From positions 1-41,091 of the forward strand of contig CBFGSY010000002.1 in NCBI GenBank assembly GCA_965651545.1: a DNA stretch of 41,091 bases, written 5' to 3'. The notes under the pieces were generated by a model. It made no database searches, was not told the DNA's origin, and saw only the letters and a list, made by a program, of their open reading frames with translations. Position 1 is the first letter of the stretch, and the number at the start of each line of letters is the position of its first letter. Shown piece by piece: positions 16,389 through 24,118 of the stretch. The position numbers and the translations under genes are program-made. Origin of the DNA: an uncultured bacterium. GTDB lineage: Bacteria > Chloroflexota > Limnocylindria > QHBO01.

Positions 16389-17647
16389 CCTCCGGTCACG
16401 CCGCCGACGACCTCGCCGAGCAGGCGACGCAGCCGCCGCCGCAGGACCTTGTAGGAGAGGCGTCGCCGCGCGATATCGTAGTTGCGCTCTGCGATCCGTC
16501 GCTGGCGGCCGGGGCTGGCAAGGATGGACTTCACCTCGTCGACCGCTTCATCGGTGACCTTGCCGTCCAGCTCGATGAACTCCAGGCCCAGAGGCGCGAT
16601 GTCCGCCGCGTACACCGGATATCGGTTTACCACCACCGGCTTCCCATAGAAGATCGCCTCGATCAGCGCGTTCCCGTAGCCCTCGTAGAGGCTCGGGTAG
16701 GTGATCAGGTCCGCGGCGAGGTAGGCGTCGTGCAGGGTGTGGGCGGGACCGATGGGCTTCCCTTCCAGGTCAGGCTCAAACCGGTCGGCCGCATAGCGCA
16801 GCTGCACGCCGGCCTTCTCCGCCTGCAGCTCCAGCTGCACCAGGTAGTCCAGGCCCTCGTCGCCGGCCGGCGAGGTGATGAGCAGCAATGCGTGCGGATC
16901 TCGCAGCCGACCGACCAGCTCGATGGCGAGCTCAATGCCCTTGCGCGGCACCACTCGCGTCGGTTGGACCACCAGCAGGCCCTGCTCGTTCATCCCCAGC
17001 TCGGCGCGCATCTGGCGGCGCATGGCGGGGTGCGGCCTGGGGCGCGGGCGCTCGAAGTCGAAGACGTTGGGCACCACCATCGACTCCAGGCCACGCCGCG
17101 CCCGCAGCTGCTCAGCTGCCAGCGAGTTGATGCTCACGTGGCGGACGCTCGGGAGGTCCGGCGGGAACGCCTCGGCCAGGAGCTCGGGAACCACGCAGTT
17201 CGCGAAGCGCTCGCGCTCCCACCAGTAGTCGTGGTGATGGCCGATGGCCAGCATCTCGCGCCGCTCCACGATCCGCCGCAGCGCCAGGCCGAGCGGCAGG
17301 TGCATTGGGATCGCCCAGGCGTTCTCGACCACCAGCACCTCGATCCGCTGTCCCTCCATCCAGCTGTCCAGGACCGGAATGAGCAGCTCGGCCAAGCGCT
17401 CGATCTCGGCGCGGACGGCGACGGCGTCGCTGTCGCGATCGAAGGCCGCGGAGGTGACGCGCGCGGCCGGCGGCCAGGCGAAGTGCATCGGCGGGATGAG
17501 GCGGGCGCTGGCACGCAGCGCATCCACCTCGCCCGCGCACAGCCGCACCTCGTGGCCGATCCGCTCGAGGGCCGTCTCCCACTTGGTGGCCTCGAAGGTG
17601 ACGCCATCCACCCCGGCGAGGCGCGTCGACACGATCCCGATCCGCAT
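16385..17647 (-). CDS. glycosyltransferase family 4 (GT-B, retaining type)
   Basis: The C-terminal EX7E region is PSLYEGYGNALIEAIFYGKPVV, and the N-terminus is MRIGIVSTRLAGVDGV. The precise substrate is not inferable. Confidence 0.8.
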   Translation of the reverse strand: MRIGIVSTRLAGVDGVTFEATKWETALERIGHEVRLCAGEVDALRASARLIPPMHFAWPPAARVTSAAFDRDSDAVAVRAEIERLAELLIPVLDSWMEGQRIEVLVVENAWAIPMHLPLGLALRRIVERREMLAIGHHHDYWWERERFANCVVPELLAEAFPPDLPSVRHVSINSLAAEQLRARRGLESMVVPNVFDFERPRPRPHPAMRRQMRAELGMNEQGLLVVQPTRVVPRKGIELAIELVGRLRDPHALLLITSPAGDEGLDYLVQLELQAEKAGVQLRYAADRFEPDLEGKPIGPAHTLHDAYLAADLITYPSLYEGYGNALIEAIFYGKPVVVNRYPVYAADIAPLGLEFIELDGKVTDEAVDEVKSILASPGRQRRIAERNYDIARRRLSYKVLRRRLRRLLGEVVGGVTGG

Positions 17648-17656
17648 GACCGGGCC

Positions 17657-17662
17657 ATCCTA
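17657..17662 (-). promoter_or_regulatory. candidate -10 hexamer TAGGAT (minus strand), 9 nt upstream of the GT4 ATG
   Basis: Reverse complement of ATCCTA, read directly. It sits in a 55-bp divergent intergenic region shared with cyclase paralog 1. Confidence 0.2.
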
Positions 17663-17684
17663 TCGGTCTGACCCGGCGCGCCGG

Positions 17685-17690
17685 TACACT
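17685..17690 (+). promoter_or_regulatory. candidate -10 hexamer TACACT, 12 nt upstream of the paralog-1 ATG
   Basis: It lies within the block GCCGGTACACTTCG (17680-17693), which is repeated exactly upstream of paralog 2 (20915-20928). Confidence 0.3.
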
Positions 17691-17702
17691 TCGTGGCCAA
17701 CC

Positions 17703-20700
17703 ATGATTCGGTGCCCGAGCTGTGGCGAGGAAAATCCGGACCGCGCGCGCTTCTGCCTGAACTGCGCGACGCCCTTGGCTGTGGCGGAGCGTCCGGCCGA
17801 GGTTCGCAAGACGGTCACCATCGTCTTCGCCGATGTGGTCGGCTCCACCAGTCGTGGCGAGCAGACCGACCCCGAGTCGACACGCCGGATGCTGTCGCGC
17901 TACTTCGACGCGGTGCGGCGCGTCATCGAGCGGCACGGCGGGAGCGTCGAGAAGTTCATCGGCGACGCGGTGATGGCGGTGTTCGGCATCCCGACCCTCC
18001 ACGAGGATGACGCGCTCCGTGCGGTCCGCGCCGCCCACGAGATGCGGTCGGCGGTCGAGCTGCTGAACCAGGAGCTGGCGAGCGCCAGCTGGCCGCCGAT
18101 CGCGCTGCGCACCGGCGTCAACACCGGCGAGGTCGTGGCGGGCGAGGGGACCCAGGGCCACACCATGGTGACCGGCGACGCGGTCAACGTGGCGGCCCGC
18201 CTGGAACAGGCGGCGGGCCCCGGCGAGATCGTGCTGGGTCCGGCGACCTATCGGCTCGTGCGCCAGGCAGTCGAGGCCGAGCCGATGCCAGCGCTCGAGC
18301 TCAAGGGCAAGGCTGAACCGATGGAGGCATACAGGCTGGTCAGCGTCGGCGAGGCCGGTCCACTGCGCCGCCACGACACGCCGCTGGTGGGTCGCCGCCG
18401 TGAGCTGCGCCTTCTCAGCGAGGCGTTCGATCGGGCCAACGACGAGCGGTCCTGCCATCTCTTCACCCTCCTCGGGACGGCTGGGGTCGGGAAGTCACGC
18501 CTGGTCCACGAGTTCCTGGGCGCCATGCGCGAGCGGGCGCAGGTCCTGCGCGCGCGGTGCCTTCCCTATGGAGAGGGCATCACCTTCTGGCCGGTGATCG
18601 AGCTGGCGCAGGCAGCGGCGGGGATCGGGCTGAACGAATCGCCCGCGACCGCTGTCGAGAAGCTTCGGGCGGTGCTGGATCAGGTGCCTGACCGCGACCC
18701 GATCCTCGACCGGGTGTGCCCCACCATCGGCCTCTCCGACCAGGTGGTGCCGACCGAGGAAACGTTCTGGGGCTTCCGGAAGTTCCTCGAGGCGGTTGCC
18801 ACCAGACAGCCGCTCATCGCCGTCGTCGATGACCTGCACTGGGCAGAGCCGACCATGCTCGACCTGATCGACCACATCGCCGATTGGTCGCGAGAGGCGC
18901 CGATCCTCCTGCTGGCGATCGCCCGGCCTGAGCTGCTCGACGTGCGTCCGCACTGGGGCGGCGGCAAGCTGAACGCCACGACGATCCTCCTGGAACCGCT
19001 GGGTGCCGAGGATTCCGTCCAGCTCATCGGGAACCTGGTGGAGGATGCCAGCCTCGCGGAGACGGTCCAGCGGCGGATTGGCGAGACCGCCGAGGGCAAT
19101 CCGCTGTTCGTCGAGGAGCTGGTCGCGATGCTCGTCGACCAGGGCGTCCTGCGGCGCGAAGGCGAGCAGTGGCAGGCGGCCGAGGATCTGCGATCCATCA
19201 CCGTTCCACCCAGCATCTCGGCCCTGGTCGCTGCCCGGCTCGACCACCTGCAGCCGCTCGAACGCGACCTCATCGGCCGCGCATCGGTGGTCGGCAAGAC
19301 CTTCCAGCGCGCGGCAGTCGCCGAGCTCTCCCCTCCGGAGCGCCGCAGCGACCTTGCTTCGCGGCTCATGACCCTCGTTCGCAAGGAGCTCGTCCGGCCG
19401 GACCGATCAGCCACCAGCGGAGACGAGGCCTTCCGCTTCCGCCACCTGCTGGTGCGCGACGCCGCCTACGAATCGCTCACCAAAGAGCAGCGAGCGGACC
19501 TCCATGCCCGGTTCGCCGACTGGCTGGAGCGGATCTCAGGCGAGCGCATGATGGAATACCAGGAGGTGCTCGGCTACCACCTGGAGCAGGCATATCGGTA
19601 TCGCGCGGAGCTTGGATTGACCGATGAGCTGACAGGCGCCCTCCGCGACCGAGCGGCGTCCCACCTGCGCGCCGCCGGCATGCGTGCCCGAGGTCGTCTC
19701 GATGCGCACGCTGCGCGGAGCCTCCTGGCGCGCACGGTACCGCTCGAATCGGAGCTGGCCGATAGCGTGGAGCTATTGCTGGTCGTTGCCGATTCGTCCG
19801 GGCTGATCGGTGAGTTTTCAGTCGCGACCCACGCCTATGAGCAGGCGCGCGAGTTGGCGGAGCAGCTGGGCGACGAACTCCTGCGACTGCGGGTGGAGCT
19901 CGCGCAGCTCGAGGCGGAGCAGTTCATCAATCCGAACGTCGATGAGACGATCATGCTGGATCTCGCCGATCGTCTCGACTCACTGGGTACGGAGCGTGCG
20001 GACCGTCGTGCCCAGGTGGCTGCGGAGCTCACCCGAGCGTCGTTGTTCCTCAACCAGTGCCGTTGGATGGATAACCTGGCGGCCCTGGAGCGAGCCCGTG
20101 ACCTGGCAGACACAGAAGACGATCCGGGCCGTCTGAACAGGATCTCAGGGCAGATCTGGAATTCCCTTCGCTGGGGGCCGATTCCTGCGCCGGAGGCCAT
20201 CTCACGCATCGAGAGCGACGAGACGGATGAGGCTCGAACGGTTCCCCGCCTGGCGAATACGTCGAAGCTCCTCGCCATGCTGGGACACGTCGAGGAGGCC
20301 CGCAGTCGCGCCCAGGCCGGCAAACGCTTCTGGCTCGAGCGCGGGCAGCGGATGCGCGTGGGCGGAAACTACTTCGACTCGGCGGCCGTGGAAGCGCTTG
20401 CCGGCGACCTGCCGGCGGCGGAGCGAGAGCTGGCGGAGGGGATCGCGATCCTCAACGAGATCGGCGAGACCGGCGTCCTCTCCACCCTTGCCGCGATGCA
20501 TGCCGAGGTGCTCTATCAGCTTGGCCGGCGAGTTGAGATGGAGGCCGCCACGGAGCTCGCTCGAAAGAGCGGGGCGGCGGACGACATCGCCACCCAGGCC
20601 AACTGGCGCTGGGTGGCGGCCATGGCCGCGGCCGATGACGAGCGCGCGGAGGAAGCCCGCTCGTTGATTGACGAAGCCGTCGCCCTGCTCGAACCCACCG

Positions 20701-20891
20701 ACTTCCTTGAGATGAAGGCGTCTGCCTTTGAGGCGTTGGCCCACGTCGAGTCCCGCGCGGGCAATCGCGACGCCTGGAGGGCAGCGCTTCAACGGTCGCT
20801 CGCGGAGCATGAGCAGAAGGGCAACGCGGTCGGCGCTCAGCGTGTACGCGATCTGCTCGAGAAGGGACCTGACACCCGCGATACGGGCTAA
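17703..20891 (+). CDS. zinc-ribbon / class III adenylate-guanylate cyclase / STAND (AAA_16-type) ATPase / TPR-like repeat protein, paralog 1 (1062 aa)
   Basis: Zinc ribbon: CPSCGEENPDRARFCLNC. Cyclase: VTIVFADVVGST, EKFIGDAVMAVFG, TGDAVNVAARLEQ, LELKGK. Walker A: LLGTAGVGKSRL. Walker B: LIAVVDDLHWAE. EGNPLFVEEL is a MalT/AfsR-type STAND signature. The C-terminal ~370 aa are helical repeats. The start is ATG 17703 because the 153 upstream codons of the track ORF are antisense to the GT4 gene. Confidence 0.9.
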   Translation: MIRCPSCGEENPDRARFCLNCATPLAVAERPAEVRKTVTIVFADVVGSTSRGEQTDPESTRRMLSRYFDAVRRVIERHGGSVEKFIGDAVMAVFGIPTLHEDDALRAVRAAHEMRSAVELLNQELASASWPPIALRTGVNTGEVVAGEGTQGHTMVTGDAVNVAARLEQAAGPGEIVLGPATYRLVRQAVEAEPMPALELKGKAEPMEAYRLVSVGEAGPLRRHDTPLVGRRRELRLLSEAFDRANDERSCHLFTLLGTAGVGKSRLVHEFLGAMRERAQVLRARCLPYGEGITFWPVIELAQAAAGIGLNESPATAVEKLRAVLDQVPDRDPILDRVCPTIGLSDQVVPTEETFWGFRKFLEAVATRQPLIAVVDDLHWAEPTMLDLIDHIADWSREAPILLLAIARPELLDVRPHWGGGKLNATTILLEPLGAEDSVQLIGNLVEDASLAETVQRRIGETAEGNPLFVEELVAMLVDQGVLRREGEQWQAAEDLRSITVPPSISALVAARLDHLQPLERDLIGRASVVGKTFQRAAVAELSPPERRSDLASRLMTLVRKELVRPDRSATSGDEAFRFRHLLVRDAAYESLTKEQRADLHARFADWLERISGERMMEYQEVLGYHLEQAYRYRAELGLTDELTGALRDRAASHLRAAGMRARGRLDAHAARSLLARTVPLESELADSVELLLVVADSSGLIGEFSVATHAYEQARELAEQLGDELLRLRVELAQLEAEQFINPNVDETIMLDLADRLDSLGTERADRRAQVAAELTRASLFLNQCRWMDNLAALERARDLADTEDDPGRLNRISGQIWNSLRWGPIPAPEAISRIESDETDEARTVPRLANTSKLLAMLGHVEEARSRAQAGKRFWLERGQRMRVGGNYFDSAAVEALAGDLPAAERELAEGIAILNEIGETGVLSTLAAMHAEVLYQLGRRVEMEAATELARKSGAADDIATQANWRWVAAMAAADDERAEEARSLIDEAVALLEPTDFLEMKASAFEALAHVESRAGNRDAWRAALQRSLAEHEQKGNAVGAQRVRDLLEKGPDTRDTG

Positions 20892-20919
20892 TACCACGGG
20901 ATGGCAGCCTGACCGCCGG

Positions 20920-20925
20920 TACACT
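20920..20925 (+). promoter_or_regulatory. candidate -10 hexamer TACACT, 10 nt upstream of the paralog-2 ATG
   Basis: It lies in the conserved block GCCGGTACACTTCG.GGCCA shared with paralog 1. Confidence 0.3.
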
Positions 20926-20935
20926 TCGGGGCCAC

Positions 20936-23900
20936 ATGATCGAGTGCCCGAGCTGCAGCCAGCCGAACCCTGACGGCGCGCGCTTCTGCCTGAACTGCGG
21001 CAGCGCGTTGGTTGCGGCTCCGCCGCCGACCGAGGTGCGCAAGACGGTCACCGTGCTGTTCGCCGATGTCGTCGGCTCCACCAGCCTGGGCGAGCAGACC
21101 GACCCAGAGTCGACTCGCCGGATGCTGTCGCGCTACTTCGACGCCATGCGGCGCGTGATCGAGCGCCACGGCGGCACCGTCGAAAAGTTCATCGGCGATG
21201 CCGTCATGGCGGTGTTCGGCATCCCGACCCTTCACGAGGACGATGCCCTTCGCGCCGTTCGGGCTGCGCACGAGATGCAGTCGGCCGTCGAGCTGCTGAA
21301 CGGGGAGCTGGCAAGCGCGAGCTGGAACCCGATCGCCCTGCGCATCGGGGTCAACACCGGCGAGGTGGTTGCCGGAGAGGCCACCGGGGGGCACACGCTG
21401 GTGACCGGCGACGCGGTCAACGTTGCCGCTCGCCTGGAGCAGGCAGCCGACCCGGGACAGATCCTGCTCGGCGGGACCACGCATCGGATGGTGCGGGCGC
21501 TGGTCGAGGCGGAGCCGATGCGAGCGCTGGAGCTCAAGGGCAAGGCCGAGTCTGTCGAGGCCTTCCGCCTCATCGGCCTGCGTGATCAGGAGCCGATGCG
21601 CAGACACGACACCCCACTGGTGGGTCGCGCCCGCGAGCTCCGCGCGTTGACCGAGGCATTCGACCGGGCGAACGATGAGCGGGCCTGCTACCTGTTCACG
21701 CTGCTCGGGACGGCGGGCGTCGGCAAGTCGCGGCTGGTCCATGAGTTCCTGGGCCAGATGCGCGACCGGGCGCAGGTGCTTAGGGCCCGATGCCTGCCGT
21801 ATGGCGAGGGCATCACCTTCTGGCCGGTCATCGAGCTCGTCCAGGCCGCCGCCGGCATCGAGCTCGATGAATCGCCCGCACAGGCGGTTGAGAAGCTTCG
21901 CGCTTTGCTCGAGGAAACGCCTGAGCGTGACCCGATCCTCGACAGGGTGTGCCCCACCATCGGCCTGTCCAAGGACGTGGTCCCCGCTGAAGAAGCGTTC
22001 TGGGGCGCCCGCAAGTTCCTGGAGGCCGTCGCCGCGAAGAAACCGCTCATCGCGGTGATCGACGACCTGCAATGGGCCGAGCCCACGATGCTCGACCTGA
22101 TCGACCACGTCGCCGATTGGTCGCGCGAGGCGCCGATCCTGTTCCTGGCGATTGCGCGCCCGGAGCTGCTCGACGCGCGCCCGCACTGGGGCGGCGGCAA
22201 GCTCAACGCGACGACCATCCTGCTCGAACCGCTCGGCTCCGCGGATGCGACGGAGCTCATTGCCAACCTCGTGGACGATGCCGAGCTGGCGAAGACCGTT
22301 CAGCAGCGGATCGGAGAAACGGCCGAGGGCAACCCGCTGTTCGTCGAGGAGCTGGTCGCGATGCTGGTCGACCAGGGCGTGCTGCGGCGGGAGAACGGCG
22401 GCTGGCGTGCGGCGGACGAGCTGCACAAGGTGCCCGTGCCGCCAAGCATCTCAGCGCTGGTGGCGGCGCGACTTGACCACCTGGAACCGCTTGAACGCGA
22501 CCTCATCGGGCGCGCATCGGTGGTTGGCAAGATCTTCCAGCGCTCCGCGGTGGCCGAACTCTCGCCCCCTGAGCGGCGCGACGAGCTAGGCCCGCGCCTC
22601 ATGACCCTGGTCCGCAAGGAGCTGGTCCGGCCCGACCGCTCGGCGACCACCGGTGACGAGGCGTTCCGCTTCAGGCACCTGCTGGTGCGGGACGCTGCCT
22701 ACGCCTCGCTCACGAAGGAGCAGCGCGCCGATCTCCACGCCCGTTTCGCGGACTGGCTGGAACGGATCGCCGGGGATCGGCTCATCGAGTACCAGGAGGT
22801 CATCGCCTACCACCTGGAGCAGGCGCACCGCTATCGGTCCGAGCTTGGTTTGACCGATGAGCTGACAGTATCGCTGGGGCGCCGCGCCGCAGAGAACCTG
22901 CGCGCGGCCGGCATGCGCGCCCTCGGCCGGAACGATCAGCACGCCGCGTCCAACCTGCTGGGTCGCGCGGCGATGCTTGTCGACGACGATCGAGAGCGCG
23001 GGGAGCTGTTGCTCCGCGTGGCTGCTGCCCACATCGAGATGGGCGCCATGGAGAGTGTGTGGCGTGCCTTTGACGACGCAGAGGCCGCCGCGGCGCGAGC
23101 CGGGGATGAAGAGCTCCGTCTCCGCGCTGAGGTCAATCGCCTCGAGATCACGATGTTCGTCGATCCCAACGTCGACCACGAACGGATCCTGGCTGCGGCC
23201 GATCAGCTGGATGAGCTGGCGATGGAACGCGGCAACAAGTGGGGACAGATCGCGGCCGCGAGTGCGCGTGGCGCCGTCTACCTCACCTTCTGCCGCTGGA
23301 TGGACAACCTGGCGGAGCATGAGCGTGCACTGGATCTCATGGAACCGGCTGAGGATCCACAGCTGTGGCTGTTCCATAGCCAAGGGATTCGGAATTCGCT
23401 GCGATTAGGTCCCGTGCCTGCTGAGGAGGCGCTGGAGCGGATTGCGAAGATGCCGCCAACGGAGCTTTCAGCCAATATCAGCGCGGTCGTCAACGCACCC
23501 CTCCTCGCGATGCAGGGACGCTTCGATGAGGCGCGCCGCGGGTTCCGGGAGGCTCGCGATTACCTGACCGAGCGGGGAATGCGGTTCAGGCTGGGGGTCA
23601 TCAGTCTGTCAGCCGGAACGGTGGAGCTCCTCGCCCGAGACTTCGGGGCCGCCGAGCGTGAGCTCGCGCGTGGCATCGCCATCCTCAGAGAGATGGGAGA
23701 AACGGGCGTCCTCTCGACGCTGGCGGCGATGCAGGCGTTGGCGCTGTATCGCCTGGGCCGGCGCGACGAGATGGCAGCCGCGATTGTCCTCGCGCAGGGG
23801 GCGGGTGCTCCGAATGACATCGCCACCCAGGCCCAGTGGCGCTACGTTGCCGCCATGGCCGCAGCCGACGACGGCCGGCTAGACGAGGCAGAGCGCCTGA

Positions 23901-24109
23901 TCGGCGAAGCCATCGAGATGATCGGGCCGACCGACTACCTGGAGCTGCGCGGCGACACCTTCGAGGCCCTCGCCCACGTGCAGGCCCGTGCCGGCCGCAC
24001 GGACGCCTGGAAGGCCGCGCTGGACCGGGCCTTGGCCGAGCACGAGCGGAAGGAAAACGTGGTCAGCGCCCAGCACATCCGCGAACAGCTGGAGCGGGGT
24101 CCTCCCTAG
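20936..24109 (+). CDS. zinc-ribbon / class III cyclase / STAND ATPase / TPR-like repeat protein, paralog 2 (1057 aa)
   Basis: It has the same motif set as paralog 1 (CPSCSQPNPDGARFCLNC, VTVLFADVVGST, EKFIGDAVMAVFG, GDAVNVAARLEQ, LLGTAGVGKSRL, LIAVIDDLQWAE, EGNPLFVEEL). The C-terminal third has diverged from paralog 1. Confidence 0.9.
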   Translation: MIECPSCSQPNPDGARFCLNCGSALVAAPPPTEVRKTVTVLFADVVGSTSLGEQTDPESTRRMLSRYFDAMRRVIERHGGTVEKFIGDAVMAVFGIPTLHEDDALRAVRAAHEMQSAVELLNGELASASWNPIALRIGVNTGEVVAGEATGGHTLVTGDAVNVAARLEQAADPGQILLGGTTHRMVRALVEAEPMRALELKGKAESVEAFRLIGLRDQEPMRRHDTPLVGRARELRALTEAFDRANDERACYLFTLLGTAGVGKSRLVHEFLGQMRDRAQVLRARCLPYGEGITFWPVIELVQAAAGIELDESPAQAVEKLRALLEETPERDPILDRVCPTIGLSKDVVPAEEAFWGARKFLEAVAAKKPLIAVIDDLQWAEPTMLDLIDHVADWSREAPILFLAIARPELLDARPHWGGGKLNATTILLEPLGSADATELIANLVDDAELAKTVQQRIGETAEGNPLFVEELVAMLVDQGVLRRENGGWRAADELHKVPVPPSISALVAARLDHLEPLERDLIGRASVVGKIFQRSAVAELSPPERRDELGPRLMTLVRKELVRPDRSATTGDEAFRFRHLLVRDAAYASLTKEQRADLHARFADWLERIAGDRLIEYQEVIAYHLEQAHRYRSELGLTDELTVSLGRRAAENLRAAGMRALGRNDQHAASNLLGRAAMLVDDDRERGELLLRVAAAHIEMGAMESVWRAFDDAEAAAARAGDEELRLRAEVNRLEITMFVDPNVDHERILAAADQLDELAMERGNKWGQIAAASARGAVYLTFCRWMDNLAEHERALDLMEPAEDPQLWLFHSQGIRNSLRLGPVPAEEALERIAKMPPTELSANISAVVNAPLLAMQGRFDEARRGFREARDYLTERGMRFRLGVISLSAGTVELLARDFGAAERELARGIAILREMGETGVLSTLAAMQALALYRLGRRDEMAAAIVLAQGAGAPNDIATQAQWRYVAAMAAADDGRLDEAERLIGEAIEMIGPTDYLELRGDTFEALAHVQARAGRTDAWKAALDRALAEHERKENVVSAQHIREQLERGPP

Positions 24110-24118
24110 ACTGGCGGC

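Noticed and set aside
17244-17702. N-terminal extensions of track ORFs: cyclase 1 from 17244, xerD from 5274, scpA from 8967, scpB from 9836, ArsA-like from 25664, gpsA from 27233, moaC from 35912, beta-propeller to 30109, ABM-like to 30883.
   Set aside because: The extensions overlap neighbouring genes or are compositionally junk. Internal ATG/GTG starts give canonical family N-termini, often with a 4-nt stop/start overlap or an SD.
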